In this document: piece by piece, positions 8,776 through 19,410 of the stretch
Layout of the letters: every line of letters begins with the position of its first letter
Numbering within the stretch: position 1 is the stretch's first letter
NCBI GenBank assembly: GCA_009693055.1
Contig: SHYA01000006.1
Span: forward strand, 24,272-88,271
From: Dehalococcoidia bacterium
GTDB lineage: Bacteria; Chloroflexota; Dehalococcoidia; Lucifugimonadales; SHYT01
Reading direction: 5' to 3'
Length of the DNA: 64,000 bases
Position numbers and translations under genes: made by a program
Notes under the pieces: generated by a model
The model's input: only the letters and a program-made list of their open reading frames with translations
Databases searched by the model: none
Told to the model about the DNA's origin: nothing

Positions 8776-10038
8776 CTAGACGGCTGCCTTCTGCTGCGCT
8801 TTGTGCTTGGCCCAGACCTCGGGCGCGATCCCCGTCCCGTCGTTGGTCTCGAACGAGCTCTTGAGGTCCAGCTCCTTGGCCATTTCTTTGGCGGCCGGAA
8901 TGATCTCCTCGCCGTAGAGCCTCAAGCTCCGCATCTGGTCCTCGTGGGTCATGGAGCCGTCCCCGTCCCACAGGAAGATGGTGCCAGGCCGCAGGTACTC
9001 CAGCACGTGCTGCACTTTGGGTAGGACCTGCTTGGGAGTCCCTGCGATGATGGCCCAGTTGCGGACCTGCGTGTCGTAGTCAGCGGTCACGATCTGCTGG
9101 CCGGTCTTCTGGTCGTTGAAGAGCCGCGACATCCGCGCCACGGAAGCCCGGGAGGTGTAGCCCGGCGGGAGGAAGAGGTGGGGCGGCACGGTCGCTTCGT
9201 TCCCAGATGCGATGAAGGGGTTAGCGACGCCCTCAATGAACCGGCGTCCAGCCTCCTCCGCCAGCTGCTCGGTTGCGTCCACGTGGACCTTGAACAGGTA
9301 ACCGACGTTTTGCGGGCCGGACTTGTACCCCTGCTCCGCCGCGTGCTGGTGGTACAGGTCAAACATTTCCTTCGTCGGCTCAAGCTGCGTGGCCAGCATC
9401 ACGTAGGGGTAGTGGTGTTCCGCGCACCACTTGACAGTCTCAGGGCTCGAAACTCCCGGAATCCAGATCGGCGGGTGAGGCTTCTGGAGCGGCAGGCACC
9501 ACGGGTTCACGTACCGGAAATGGTGGTGCTTCCCCTCCCACCGGAACGGTCCCGGCGTCGTCCACGTCTTGATAATGAAGTCGTGCGCCTCGTTAAACCG
9601 CTCCCGGTTGTACGTCGTGTTGGCGTTGTGGGAGATGCTTTCCGCACCGCCGCCGCGAACGAAGCCGGAGACGAGCCGCCCGCCGGAGATCATGTCGGTC
9701 ATGGCCAGGCTCTCCGCTAGCCAGAGCGGGTCATCCCAGATGGGCAGCGGGTTCCCGAGCGGGATAAGCTTGACCTTGCTGGTCTGCCGCGCCAGGATGA
9801 ACACCTCCACGTTCGTCACGCCCTGGATGCAATAGGGGGCGCTGTGATGCTCGTTGAACATCAGCGCCTCAACCCCTACCTCCTCGGCGTAAATCTTCTC
9901 GTCAATGTACCGGTTGTAGAGGTCGCGGCCGATCTCAGGGTTGTAGTGCTGGTTGCTGACCAGGAGCTGGTGAAACGACCCGACCAGGCCGGTGCTGGGG
10001 TCTTGCCAGGGTTGCTCGTTGAAGTGACCGATAAGCAT
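8776..10038 (-). CDS. LLM-class (luciferase-like) flavin-dependent oxidoreductase
   Basis: 420 aa with typical LLM segments (EEVGVEALMFNEHH..., MISGGRLVSGFVRGGG). Confidence 0.75.
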   Translation of the reverse strand: MLIGHFNEQPWQDPSTGLVGSFHQLLVSNQHYNPEIGRDLYNRYIDEKIYAEEVGVEALMFNEHHSAPYCIQGVTNVEVFILARQTSKVKLIPLGNPLPIWDDPLWLAESLAMTDMISGGRLVSGFVRGGGAESISHNANTTYNRERFNEAHDFIIKTWTTPGPFRWEGKHHHFRYVNPWCLPLQKPHPPIWIPGVSSPETVKWCAEHHYPYVMLATQLEPTKEMFDLYHQHAAEQGYKSGPQNVGYLFKVHVDATEQLAEEAGRRFIEGVANPFIASGNEATVPPHLFLPPGYTSRASVARMSRLFNDQKTGQQIVTADYDTQVRNWAIIAGTPKQVLPKVQHVLEYLRPGTIFLWDGDGSMTHEDQMRSLRLYGEEIIPAAKEMAKELDLKSSFETNDGTGIAPEVWAKHKAQQKAAV

Positions 10039-10110
10039 GTTTTACCCTCCCTGCCACTACCGTTTGTGCTAGCTGTAGCCTACCTATGCCTCTGACGCGT
10101 GTCAAGAAAG

Positions 10111-11046
10111 CTATTCCGCCGCCTTGGTGACGGCCTCCGCCTCAGCGGGGGTGAGCGGCTTCTCCACGGCGCGCGTGTTCTCCGCGACCTGCTCCGGCTT
10201 GCTCGCCCCGATGATGAGCGAGGTGACCACCGGGTTGGCGAGGCCCCAGCCCAGCAGTAGCTCCGCAGCCGTTCGTTCCGACTGCCTTCCCAGGTCAACG
10301 AGCCGCTGGGACACCGCTGCCACCTTGTCGGTGTGCATCTGCTCCATGTACTGTCCCCAGGCCGCCAGCCGCGAGCCCGGGGGCGCCGGCTGGCCCTTCT
10401 TGTAGCGGCCGGTGAGCAGTCCTCCCATCAGGATCTGGTAGGGAATGACGCCCACCTGCTGGTCGGCGCACGCGGGGAGCAGATCCTTCTCGATCTCGCG
10501 GTTCAGCAGGTTGTAGTGGGGCTGCACCGATTCAAAGCGGACGAAGCCGTTCCGGTCGCTGGCCCAGAGCGACTTTACGAGCTGCCAGCCGGCGAAGTTG
10601 GAGCAGCCGATGTACCGGACCTTGCCCTGGCGCACCAGGTCGTCCAGGGTTCGAAGCGTCTCCTCCACGGGCGTCTCGGGGTCCCAGTAATGGATCTGGT
10701 ACAGGTCAAGGTGGTCGGTCTGGAGACGGCGTAAGCTGGCCTCTACGGCGTCCAGGATGTGCTTGCGGGATGCGCCGCGGTCGTTGGGGCCCTGGCCCAT
10801 GGGCGCGAAGAACTTGGTGGCGATGACCCACTGATGCCGCTTGCCCTTCAGCCCGGCGCCGATGACCGTCTCCGATGCGCCGCTGCCGTACATGTCGGCG
10901 GTGTCAATGAAGTTGATGCCGTGGTCCACGCAGGCGTCCATCACCTTGATGGCGGACGCCTGGTCCACGTACCCTCCGAACATGTTGGTGCCTAAGCACA
11001 GCGTGGAGACTTTAAGACCTGTTTTGCCCAGTCTGCGGTACTGCAC
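10111..11046 (-). CDS. aldo/keto reductase
   Basis: MQYRRLGKTGLKVSTLCLGT, GINFIDTADMYG and IGCSNF motifs are typical of the AKR family. Confidence 0.85.
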   Translation of the reverse strand: MQYRRLGKTGLKVSTLCLGTNMFGGYVDQASAIKVMDACVDHGINFIDTADMYGSGASETVIGAGLKGKRHQWVIATKFFAPMGQGPNDRGASRKHILDAVEASLRRLQTDHLDLYQIHYWDPETPVEETLRTLDDLVRQGKVRYIGCSNFAGWQLVKSLWASDRNGFVRFESVQPHYNLLNREIEKDLLPACADQQVGVIPYQILMGGLLTGRYKKGQPAPPGSRLAAWGQYMEQMHTDKVAAVSQRLVDLGRQSERTAAELLLGWGLANPVVTSLIIGASKPEQVAENTRAVEKPLTPAEAEAVTKAAE

Positions 11047-11143
11047 CGTTTGGGTTTCCCCCTCAAGAAAACATTACGCGGACATACTGCGGAGACCGGA
11101 GAGAAGCAGGCTTCAGGCGCTGTGGCGTGTAGTGAGGCGCTGC

Positions 11144-11560
11144 TCAGGCTGGGACCGCGGTGCGCTCCAGCAGGTCGGCGATGGTGGTGGAGTCGAGGAT
11201 CTTCAGCATCGCCTCCTCAACGATGCGCCACACCTCACGCTGCGAGCAGGAGGGGACCTGGACGCAGACCGCGGGGTCGTCCAGGCAACCGATGACCGTC
11301 TCCATCCCGCCCAGGGTGCGCATCACCATCCCCAAGGTGATCTGAGACGGCGGAGCGGCAAGGACATGGCCACCCTGCGGGCCGGTATGGCTCTTGACCA
11401 GCCCTTCCTTGCTCATGGTGTGGAGCAGGCGGGCCAGGTATGGCTCGGGGATAGACTGGCGGCGGGCGATGTCCGCCGCGTGGATCGGACCGCTACCAGC
11501 GTGCTGCGCCAGGTCTATCAGCGCCCGGACTCCGTAGTCAACCCGAATCGGCACGTGCAT
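11144..11560 (-). CDS. Rrf2-family transcriptional regulator (IscR/SufR-like role plausible)
   Basis: N-terminal VDYGVRALIDLA... wHTH segment and a Cys-containing C-terminal half (CLDDPAVCVQVPSC). ATG at 11560 with a GGAGGTG SD. Last gene of the suf operon. Confidence 0.75.
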   Translation of the reverse strand: MHVPIRVDYGVRALIDLAQHAGSGPIHAADIARRQSIPEPYLARLLHTMSKEGLVKSHTGPQGGHVLAAPPSQITLGMVMRTLGGMETVIGCLDDPAVCVQVPSCSQREVWRIVEEAMLKILDSTTIADLLERTAVPA

Positions 11561-11589
11561 AGACTCACCTCCGCCCCGCGCACGGGGAA

Positions 11590-12042
11590 CTACTCGGTTG
11601 AGACCGACTCCCGTTCTCCCTTGAGCGCGGCCATCATCGTGTGCCAGGCCAACGTGGCGCACTTGACCCGCGTCGGGAACTCCGAGACGCCGGAGAGGAC
11701 TCCCAGGTCGCCGAGCTCCTCGGCGTCAGCCTCGGTCCCTGGCTCGCGGGTCAGCATTTGGTGAAAGGCGTTGAACAGCCCCTTGGCCTCCTCCAGAGTC
11801 TTGCCCTTCATGCTCTCCGTCATCATGGATGCTGAGGAGGTGGAGATGGCGCAGCCGGCCCCCTGGAACCCCACGTCCGTGATGATGCCGCGCTCTATCT
11901 TTAGGTCCAGGATGAAGTTGTCGCCGCAGAAGGGGTTGTAGCCCTTCGCGGTATAGTCCGGCTTCTCCAGCCTGCGGAAGTTGCGCGGCCGGCGGGTGTG
12001 CTCCAGCACAATCTCCTGGTAGAGCTCTTGCAGCTGCGACAC
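11590..12042 (-). CDS. sufU: SUF-system Fe-S scaffold SufU/NifU-like
   Basis: NPFCGD...GAGCAIS...KCATLAW gives the three conserved Cys of SufU. GTG start overlaps the sufS stop. Confidence 0.85.
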   Translation of the reverse strand: MSQLQELYQEIVLEHTRRPRNFRRLEKPDYTAKGYNPFCGDNFILDLKIERGIITDVGFQGAGCAISTSSASMMTESMKGKTLEEAKGLFNAFHQMLTREPGTEADAEELGDLGVLSGVSEFPTRVKCATLAWHTMMAALKGERESVSTE

Positions 12043-13313
12043 TAGCTAAACACCTCAATGGCCTTGTCTATGCCGCGCACCAGGGCGTCAATTTCCTGCT
12101 TGGTATTGTAGAACGCGAACGAGGCCCGTGCGGTGGCGGGGATGCCAAAGCGCTGCATGACCGGCTGCGTGCAGTGGTGGCCGGTGCGGATGGCGATGCC
12201 CTCCGTGTCCAGGACGGTGCCCAGGTCGTGCGCGTGGATGCCCTTGACCACGAAGGAGATGACGCCGCCCTTCTGCCGGGCTGTGCCGATGATGCGCAGG
12301 GATTCGATGGAAGAAACGCGCTGCGTGCCGTAGGCGAGCAGCTCCTGCTCGTACGCGGCGATGCGGTCCATCCCGACGGCGGTCACGTAGTCAATGGCCG
12401 CGCCCAGGCCGATGGCTCCTGCGATGTTCGGGGTGCCCGCCTCAAACTTGTACGGCAGCGTGTTGTACACCGTCTGTTCAAACGTGACGGACTTGATCAT
12501 GTCGCCGCCGCCCTGATATGGGGGCATGGACTCCAGCAGCTCGGCCTTGCCGTAGAGCGCGCCGATGCCGGTTGGCCCGTACAGCTTGTGGCCGGAGAAC
12601 GCAAAGAAGTCACAGCCCATACGCTGCACGTCGACCGGCATGTGCGGCGTGGACTGCGCGCCGTCCACCAGCACAGGAACGCCGCGGCTGTGCGCCATCG
12701 CGATGACCTGTTCAACCGGGTTGATCGTCCCTAGGGAGTTGGAGAGGTGGACGATGGAGACCAGCTTGGTCCTAGGCCCGAGCAGTTTTTCGAATTCGTC
12801 CAGGAGGAGCTCCCCATCGTCGTTGATGGGGATGATGCGCAGGCGGGCGCCGCGCTCCTGGCAGAGCATCTGCCAGGGCACGATGTTGGAGTGGTGCTCC
12901 ATGGCGGAGATGATTACCTCGTCGCCCTCGTGCACGTGTTGGCGGCCGTAGCTGTTGGCCACCAGGTTGATCGCCTCGGTCGCGCCGCGCACAAAGACGA
13001 TCTCGCGGTCGTCAGCAGCGTTCAGAAAGCGGCGCACCTTCGTGCGGGAGGCTTCGTAGTCCACGGTAGCCAGCGCGCTCAGCGTGTGGACGCCGCGGTG
13101 GATGTTGGAATTCTCCGTGGTGTAGTACCGGGTGAGCGTGTCGAGGACAGCCTGAGGCTTCTGGCTGGTGGCCGCGTTGTCCAGGTACACCAACGGCTTG
13201 CCGTGGATGAGCTGCTTGAGGATGGGGAAGTCTTCCCTAAGCCGCAGCGCGTCCGCTTCGGACAGCGAGTCGGCCGTGGCGCTCCGGTTCGCCACGCTCT
13301 TGGCCCGCGTCAT
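12042..13313 (-). CDS. sufS: cysteine desulfurase, SufS subfamily
   Basis: Group II desulfurase features: HRGVH, SGHKLYGPTGIG (PLP Lys) and RTGHHCTQP (active-site Cys loop). Confidence 0.9.
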   Translation of the reverse strand: MTRAKSVANRSATADSLSEADALRLREDFPILKQLIHGKPLVYLDNAATSQKPQAVLDTLTRYYTTENSNIHRGVHTLSALATVDYEASRTKVRRFLNAADDREIVFVRGATEAINLVANSYGRQHVHEGDEVIISAMEHHSNIVPWQMLCQERGARLRIIPINDDGELLLDEFEKLLGPRTKLVSIVHLSNSLGTINPVEQVIAMAHSRGVPVLVDGAQSTPHMPVDVQRMGCDFFAFSGHKLYGPTGIGALYGKAELLESMPPYQGGGDMIKSVTFEQTVYNTLPYKFEAGTPNIAGAIGLGAAIDYVTAVGMDRIAAYEQELLAYGTQRVSSIESLRIIGTARQKGGVISFVVKGIHAHDLGTVLDTEGIAIRTGHHCTQPVMQRFGIPATARASFAFYNTKQEIDALVRGIDKAIEVFS

Positions 13314-14665
13314 GTGCGCCTCTCAAACCGGAACGCCGGCAGGGCCTCCGCCGTCAGGGTGTCCAGGTGCGCCTTGACCGGCTCCAGCGTGATGGTGTTC
13401 AGCACCTCGGCGGCGAAGCCGCGAATGAGCAGAGCGCTGGCGGTCTCCAGGTCAAGCCCGCGGGAGCGCATGTAGAACAGCGCGTCCTCCGCCTCCGCGA
13501 TCTGCCCGGCGGTGGCCCCGTGCGATGCTTTCACGTCGTCACACCAGATCTCCATGTTGGGCTCGGTGTCCACCTCTGCCCGGTCGGACAGGAGCAGGTT
13601 CTTGTCGGCTTGCAGGGCCACGCTCTTGACGGCGCCCTTGTGGATGCGCACGCCGCCGGTGTAAACGGCCCTGGACTCTCCCGCAAGGATGCCTTTGAAG
13701 TACTGCTTGCTGCTCGTATGCGGGGCCAGGTGGTCAATCCCGATGGCGGTGTCAATGTGCTCTTTGCCGGAGGTCATGTGCAGCCCCTTGAGGTCGCACG
13801 AGCTCCCCTCGGAGGCGAGCCGGACGTTCAGGTTGAGCCGCGCCAGGGCCGCGCCTTTGGAGAAGGCGGTGGTGTTAAATGCGGCGTTCCGGCCCAACTG
13901 TACCTGGGCCATGCTGACGTGGAAGGCCGCAGGGCTTTCCGCGAGGAGGCGGTAGTGCTGCACCGTACTGTCGTCGCCAAGAACGACTTCGGTGACCGCG
14001 TTCGTGAACGATGGCGTGGTCCCGATGCCGACGTAGCTCTCCACGACCGTAAGCTTTGCGTGCCTGCCGGTGAGGATGAGGACTCTGGGGTGGCACACAA
14101 CGGGCTGGTTCCCAGGTGCGGCGACGAACAGCAGGTGGAGGGGGGACAAAACAGCATCACCGCCTGTGGCGTGGACAAACGCGCCGTCTTGCAGGAACGC
14201 GGTGTTGAGCGCGGTAAACGCCTCACGCTCCATCGGAGCGTAGCGGGCGAGGTGCTCTTCCAACCCGCCGGCGTTCTCCGCGAGCGCCGTGGCCAGGCTG
14301 ACGGCCGTGAGGCCTCGGTGAGCGTCCGGCGCAGTGGACAGGGAGGGGGCGAACCGTCCGTTGAGAAACACCAGCGTGGCCCAGTCCGCGGCTGAGGGCG
14401 CAAGGCGCCGCAGGTCGCTAGGTGTGACGCCGTTGACGCCTGCCACGGAAGGGGGGGTGAACACGCCCTCCGCGATGCGGGCAACGTTGGTGTACTTCCA
14501 CGCCTCGTTGCCGCGCCGCGCGGTTGGAAAGCCGAGCTGGGTGAACCGCTCCATGGCCCTCTGGCGGATGGGGTGCAGCCAGGAGGGTTGTTTGCCGGAC
14601 AGGCCGCTATCCAGGGCCCGAAAATCAGCCACGTACCGGTCGTGCTTGGTCAGAACCTCAGGCAT
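13310..14665 (-). CDS. sufD: Fe-S cluster assembly protein SufD
   Basis: 451 aa with SufB/SufD beta-helix family similarity. Sits between sufC and sufS; ATGA overlap with sufS. Confidence 0.85.
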   Translation of the reverse strand: MPEVLTKHDRYVADFRALDSGLSGKQPSWLHPIRQRAMERFTQLGFPTARRGNEAWKYTNVARIAEGVFTPPSVAGVNGVTPSDLRRLAPSAADWATLVFLNGRFAPSLSTAPDAHRGLTAVSLATALAENAGGLEEHLARYAPMEREAFTALNTAFLQDGAFVHATGGDAVLSPLHLLFVAAPGNQPVVCHPRVLILTGRHAKLTVVESYVGIGTTPSFTNAVTEVVLGDDSTVQHYRLLAESPAAFHVSMAQVQLGRNAAFNTTAFSKGAALARLNLNVRLASEGSSCDLKGLHMTSGKEHIDTAIGIDHLAPHTSSKQYFKGILAGESRAVYTGGVRIHKGAVKSVALQADKNLLLSDRAEVDTEPNMEIWCDDVKASHGATAGQIAEAEDALFYMRSRGLDLETASALLIRGFAAEVLNTITLEPVKAHLDTLTAEALPAFRFERRT

Positions 14666-14695
14666 GGGGCATCAATTCTCCAAAAAGCGGGCGTC

Positions 14696-15451
14696 CTAGC
14701 CGGAGACGGCGGCCTCCTTGACCCATTCGTAGCCCCTCTTCTCTACCTCAAGGGCGAGCTGCGGGCCGCCGGACTTGACGATGCGCCCGTCCATTAGGAT
14801 GTGCACGTAGTCAGGAACGATGTGGTTGAGCAGGCGCTGGTAGTGTGTGACGACGAGGGTGGCGTTGGAGGGGCTCCGGTGCCGGTTGACCACGTCCGCG
14901 ACGGCCTTGAGCGCGTCAATGTCCAGGCCCGAATCCGTCTCGTCCAGGAGCGCGAGTCTTGGGTCCAAGATGGCGAGCTGGAGCATCTCGCTCCGTTTCT
15001 TCTCGCCGCCGGAGAACCCCTCATTGACCGAGCGCTTCACCAGCTCCGGGTCTATCCCCACCTCGCTGATCTTCTGCTTCCACAGCTTGTCAAAGGCCCG
15101 GTAGTCCAACTCCTTTTCGCCCCGGTGCTCCCGGAGGGAGTCGAGCGCCGTCTTGACGAACTGCCAGTTCGGGACGCCGGGCAGCTCCACCGGGTACTGG
15201 AACGCGAGAAAAATCCCTTCGCGGGCGCGCTGGTCCGGCGTCATCGCCAGCAGGTCTTTGCCGTCTAACCGGGCTTCGCCGGCGGTGACCGTATAGTCCG
15301 GTTTTCCGGCCAGGACGTTCACCATGGTGCTCTTGCCGCTGCCGTTAGGGCCCATGATTGCGTGGACTTCACCGGCGTTGATGGTGAGGTCCAGCCCCTT
15401 CAGAATCTCGGTGGTGCCGACGCTCACGTGCAGATTCCGAACGACGAGCAT
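14696..15451 (-). CDS. sufC: Fe-S cluster assembly ATPase SufC
   Basis: GPNGSGKST, FSGGEKKR and LALLDETDSGLD motifs are the SufC-type ABC ATPase pattern. Confidence 0.9.
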   Translation of the reverse strand: MLVVRNLHVSVGTTEILKGLDLTINAGEVHAIMGPNGSGKSTMVNVLAGKPDYTVTAGEARLDGKDLLAMTPDQRAREGIFLAFQYPVELPGVPNWQFVKTALDSLREHRGEKELDYRAFDKLWKQKISEVGIDPELVKRSVNEGFSGGEKKRSEMLQLAILDPRLALLDETDSGLDIDALKAVADVVNRHRSPSNATLVVTHYQRLLNHIVPDYVHILMDGRIVKSGGPQLALEVEKRGYEWVKEAAVSG

Positions 15452-15481
15452 GTTGCTTGGTCCTCCTTAGAATCGGGCCGC

Positions 15482-16942
15482 TTAGGCTACGGCGCCCTCC
15501 AGGCTCACCTTCAGGAGCTGCGAGGCTTCTACGGCGAATTCAAAGGGCAACTCCTTGAACACCGTCTTGCAGAAGCCCTTGATGATCATGTGGTGCGCGT
15601 CTTCGTTGGAGATGCCGCGCTGCATGACGTAGAAGAGCTGCTCGTCACTGATCTTGGAGGTGGAGGCCTCGTGCTCCATCCGCGCGGTTGGGTTGCGCAC
15701 CTCAATGTACGGCACCGTGTGGGCCGCGCACTGGTCGCCGATGAGCAGGGAGTCGCACTGGGTGAAGTTCTTGGCGTTGGTGGCGTTGGGCAGGATCTTG
15801 ACGAGGCCGCGGTAGGTGCTGACGCCGTGCCCGGCTGAGATGCCCTTGGCGACGATGGTGCTCCGGGTGTTCTTGCCGATGTGGGTCATCTTGGTTCCGG
15901 TGTCCGCCTGCTGGTAGTTGTTGACCAGCGCCACGGAGTAGAACTCGCCCACGGAGTTGTCCCCCTGCAGAATGACGCTCGGGTACTTCCACGTGATGGC
16001 GGAGCCGGTCTCCACCTGCGTCCAGGAGATCTTGGAGTTCTTGCCCTGGGCCTTGGCGCGCTTGGTGACGAAGTTGTACACGCCGCCCTTGCCTTCCTTG
16101 TCGCCCGGATACCAGTTCTGGAGCGTGGAGTACTTGATCTCCGCGTTGTCCAGGGCGATAAGCTCCACGACCGCGGCGTGGAGTTGGTTGCTCTTGCGGA
16201 TGGGCGCGGTGCACCCCTCAAGGTAGCTGACGTAGCTCCCCTCGTCCGCGATGATGAGCGTGCGCTCAAATTGGCCGCTGTCCGCCTGGTTGATGCGGAA
16301 GTAGGTCATTAGCTCCATGGGGCAGCGCACACCCTTGGGAACATAGATGAAAGAGCCGTCGCTGAACACCGCGGAGTTGAGCGTGGCGTAGAAGTTGTCC
16401 GAGTACGGCACGACCGAGCCGAGGTACTTGCGCACGATGTCCGAGTGCTCCTGGACTGCTTCGCTCACGGAGCAGAAGATGATCCCGTACTTCTCCAGGG
16501 TCTTCTTGTACGTGGTGGCGACGGACACGCTGTCAAAGATGGCGTCCACGGCCACACCAGCCAGCGCCTTCTGCTCCTCAAGCGGGACCCCTAGCTTCTT
16601 GAATGCCGCCAGCATCTCCGGGTCCACTTCGTCAAGGCTCTTGGGGCCGCTGGTGGACTTGGGGGCGGCGTAGTAGTGGATATCGTCAAAGTCAATTGGC
16701 GGGTGGTGAATGTTCGCCCACGTGGGCTCTTCCTTGCCAAGCTTCACCCAGTGGCGGTAGGCACGGAGCCGCCACTCCAGCAACCACTCAGGCTCGCGCT
16801 TCTTGGCGGAGATCAGGCGGACGACGTCCTCGTTGAGGCCCTTGGGGGCAACATCCTGCTCAACGTCAGTAGTGAACCCCCACTTGTACTCCTGCTGTGA
16901 GAGGTCGGTGGTGCGCGAGATGACTCTCTTGGTGCTGGTCAT
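15482..16942 (-). CDS. sufB: Fe-S cluster assembly protein SufB
   Basis: Highly conserved SufB sequence (GFTTDVE..., [21 protein letters not shown]...). ATG at 16942 with a GGAGGA SD; the track ORF extends to 17002. Confidence 0.9.
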   Translation of the reverse strand: MTSTKRVISRTTDLSQQEYKWGFTTDVEQDVAPKGLNEDVVRLISAKKREPEWLLEWRLRAYRHWVKLGKEEPTWANIHHPPIDFDDIHYYAAPKSTSGPKSLDEVDPEMLAAFKKLGVPLEEQKALAGVAVDAIFDSVSVATTYKKTLEKYGIIFCSVSEAVQEHSDIVRKYLGSVVPYSDNFYATLNSAVFSDGSFIYVPKGVRCPMELMTYFRINQADSGQFERTLIIADEGSYVSYLEGCTAPIRKSNQLHAAVVELIALDNAEIKYSTLQNWYPGDKEGKGGVYNFVTKRAKAQGKNSKISWTQVETGSAITWKYPSVILQGDNSVGEFYSVALVNNYQQADTGTKMTHIGKNTRSTIVAKGISAGHGVSTYRGLVKILPNATNAKNFTQCDSLLIGDQCAAHTVPYIEVRNPTARMEHEASTSKISDEQLFYVMQRGISNEDAHHMIIKGFCKTVFKELPFEFAVEASQLLKVSLEGAVA

Positions 16943-16955
16943 GGTGTCCTCCACA

Positions 16956-17027
16956 GAAACAGGATTGCAGACCATTTCGGTCAACAATCCTGTTTCAAGC
17001 ATAAACGGCGGGTAGTGCGCCTGTCAA
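16956..17027 (-). promoter_or_regulatory. candidate suf promoter (TTGACA - 18 nt - TATGCT) followed by a perfect 12-bp inverted repeat at the start of the 5' UTR
   Basis: Minus strand: TTGACA (17027-17022) and TATGCT (17003-16998). Then GAAACAGGATTG - 17 nt - CAATCCTGTTTC (16996-16956), ending 13 nt before the sufB ATG. Confidence 0.45.
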
Positions 17028-17059
17028 GAAGCTGGGCAGACCGGAGTCCTGTGTTGAGC

Positions 17060-17725
17060 TTAGCTCTTGGAAATGTTGAGCTCAGTGAGCTTGCCGGTGA
17101 CCAGGTAGATGACCCGCTCTCCGATGTTGGTGGCCCGGTCCGCGATGCGTTCCAGGTCGTGGGCCACCCACAGCAGGTAGGTGGCGCGCCGGATGGTCCT
17201 GGGGTCTTCCATCATGAACGTGAGGAGCTCGCGGTACACCTGGTCGTAGAGGGCGTCCACGCGGTCGTCGTCGACGCAGACGGCGGTCGCAGCCACGCTG
17301 TCACGGTTGACCAGGGCGTCCAGGCTGCGCCGGAGCATGTCGGTGGCCATCTCGCCCATGCGGGGGATGTCGATAAGGGGCTTGAGGGGTGGTTCGTCGC
17401 CCATCATCAGGCTGATCTTGGAGATCCCCTCCGCGTAGTCGCCCATGCGCTCCAGCTCTTCCGCGACGAGGAGGATGGAGACAATCGCTCTCAGGTCGCT
17501 GGCGAGGGGTTGCTGCGTGGCGATCAGTTCGATGCACTCCTCCTCAAGGCGGAAGCGACGCTGGTCGATGTAATCGTCCTCGCTGATGACCTGCTGGGAA
17601 GCGTCAAGGTCCCTCCGCTTCAGGCCGTCCAGGGACTTGGCGATGGCCTTTTCCACCATATTGCCGAGGACGAGCAGGTCGCCCTGGAGCCGCCGGAGCT
17701 CGCGATCAAATTCTGCGCGTGGCAT
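17060..17725 (-). CDS. phoU: phosphate signalling complex protein PhoU
   Basis: 221 aa with two PhoU repeats (ERMGDYAEGI / ERIADRATNI). Follows pstB. Confidence 0.9.
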   Translation of the reverse strand: MPRAEFDRELRRLQGDLLVLGNMVEKAIAKSLDGLKRRDLDASQQVISEDDYIDQRRFRLEEECIELIATQQPLASDLRAIVSILLVAEELERMGDYAEGISKISLMMGDEPPLKPLIDIPRMGEMATDMLRRSLDALVNRDSVAATAVCVDDDRVDALYDQVYRELLTFMMEDPRTIRRATYLLWVAHDLERIADRATNIGERVIYLVTGKLTELNISKS

Positions 17726-17739
17726 TGCTGGCCTCCTCC

Positions 17740-18516
17740 CTAGCCGAACCGCCCGGTCACGTACGCTTCTGTCCGCTCGTCCTTCGGGTTGGTGAACATC
17801 TGGCGGGTTAGCCCGTGCTCCACCAGCACCCCAGCCCGGTCAGTATCCACGGTGAGGAAAATCGTCTCATCGGAGACCCTGGCCGCTTGCTGCATGTTGT
17901 GGGTCACGATGACGATAGTATACTGCTGGCTCAGCTCCCGGAGCAGGTCCTCAATCGCGAGCGTGCCGATGGGGTCAATGGCGGCGGTGGGCTCGTCCAT
18001 GAGGATCACCTCGGGGTCAAGCGCAAGCGCGCGGGCGATGCACAGGCGCTGCTGCTGGCCGCCGGAGAGGGTCAGGGCGTTCTGCTTGAGCCGGTCCTTC
18101 ACTTCGTCCCAGAGGGCGGCGCGGTGCAGTGAGCGCTCCACCACCTCGTCCAGGTTGCCGCGAAAGCCGTTGATGCGAAGGCCGAAGGCGACGTTGTCGT
18201 AGATGGACTTGGGGAACGGGTTTGGGCGCTGGAAGACCATGCCAATCCGGTACCGCACTTCGGTGGGGTCCACGTCCGGCGCATACAGTGGCTGGCCGTT
18301 GAACAGCACCTGGCCGTCCATCCGTGTGCTGGGGATCAGGTCGTTCATGCGGTTGAGGCAACGGAGCAGCGTGCTCTTGCCGCAGCCGGAAGGCCCAATG
18401 ATTGCCGTGATGGCCTTCTGCCGGATGTCCAGCGTGATCTCCTTGAGCGCGCGGAAACGCCCGTACCACACGTTGAGGTTTTGAAGCGAGATGATGGGCT
18501 TGGCATCGGTCGTCAT
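17740..18516 (-). CDS. pstB: phosphate ABC transporter ATP-binding protein PstB
   Basis: [33 protein letters not shown] and [12 protein letters not shown] are canonical PstB motifs. Confidence 0.95.
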   Translation of the reverse strand: MTTDAKPIISLQNLNVWYGRFRALKEITLDIRQKAITAIIGPSGCGKSTLLRCLNRMNDLIPSTRMDGQVLFNGQPLYAPDVDPTEVRYRIGMVFQRPNPFPKSIYDNVAFGLRINGFRGNLDEVVERSLHRAALWDEVKDRLKQNALTLSGGQQQRLCIARALALDPEVILMDEPTAAIDPIGTLAIEDLLRELSQQYTIVIVTHNMQQAARVSDETIFLTVDTDRAGVLVEHGLTRQMFTNPKDERTEAYVTGRFG

Positions 18517-18519
18517 ACG

Positions 18520-19404
18520 TTACTCCCAGGGACGGCTCTGGAACCTGTTGCGGATGTAGATGGCGATGGAGTTCATGAGCACCAGCAGGATAAGGAGCAC
18601 CATGATGCCGGCGGCGGCCAGGCCCCGGAACTCTTCCTGCGGCCGGGAGACCCAGTTGAAGATCTGAATGGGGAGCACGGTGAACCGGTCCAGCGGGTCG
18701 CCCGGAATGAACGTGAGGTAGACGAGCGCGCTGATGGCGATGATGGGGGCGGCCTCGCCGAGGGCGCGGGAGAGGGCGAGGATGACGCCGGTCAGGATGC
18801 CCGGGAGAGAGAGAGGAATGACGATGTCGCGGACCACCAGGCCGCGGGTGGCGCCCAAGGCGTAGGCGGCCTCCCGGTACGTGTTCGGCACGGTGCGGAT
18901 GGCCTCTCGGGACGTGATGATGACCACCGGCAGGACGAGGAGGGTCATCGTGAACGCTCCGGCGAGGACGCTCCGCCCCATCGCCAACCACTGGACAAAG
19001 ACGGCGAGCCCCAGAAGCCCGTACACGATGGAAGGGACCCCGGCCAGGTTGGCGATGTTGAGCTCAATAATACGGGTCAGCCAGTTCTTGGGTGCGTACT
19101 CTTCCAGATAGAGGGCCGCGCCCACGCCGACGGGGATAGTGAACACCGCGGTCATTGCCATGAGCCAGATGCTGCCGGCGAGGGCCGCCTTCAGCCCGGC
19201 CTCCTCAGGGTGGCGGGAGCCGTAGTGGGAGATGAAGCCCCAGTCCAGCCACTGGGCGCCCTCGCTGATGATCGTGGCCAGCAAGGTGAACAGGCTGGCA
19301 AGGGCAAAGGTCAGAGCCAGGATGCAGAAGGCTAAGAAAGCGTAGCCCAGCGCCCGCCTGCGCTTGACCTTGCGGTCTGCTATCACGGTGGTCTTAGCTA
19401 TCAT
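18520..19404 (-). CDS. pstA: phosphate ABC transporter permease PstA
   Basis: Polytopic permease with the [10 protein letters not shown] motif. Position in the pst operon. Confidence 0.9.
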   Translation of the reverse strand: MIAKTTVIADRKVKRRRALGYAFLAFCILALTFALASLFTLLATIISEGAQWLDWGFISHYGSRHPEEAGLKAALAGSIWLMAMTAVFTIPVGVGAALYLEEYAPKNWLTRIIELNIANLAGVPSIVYGLLGLAVFVQWLAMGRSVLAGAFTMTLLVLPVVIITSREAIRTVPNTYREAAYALGATRGLVVRDIVIPLSLPGILTGVILALSRALGEAAPIIAISALVYLTFIPGDPLDRFTVLPIQIFNWVSRPQEEFRGLAAAGIMVLLILLVLMNSIAIYIRNRFQSRPWE

Positions 19405-19410
19405 CCCGCA

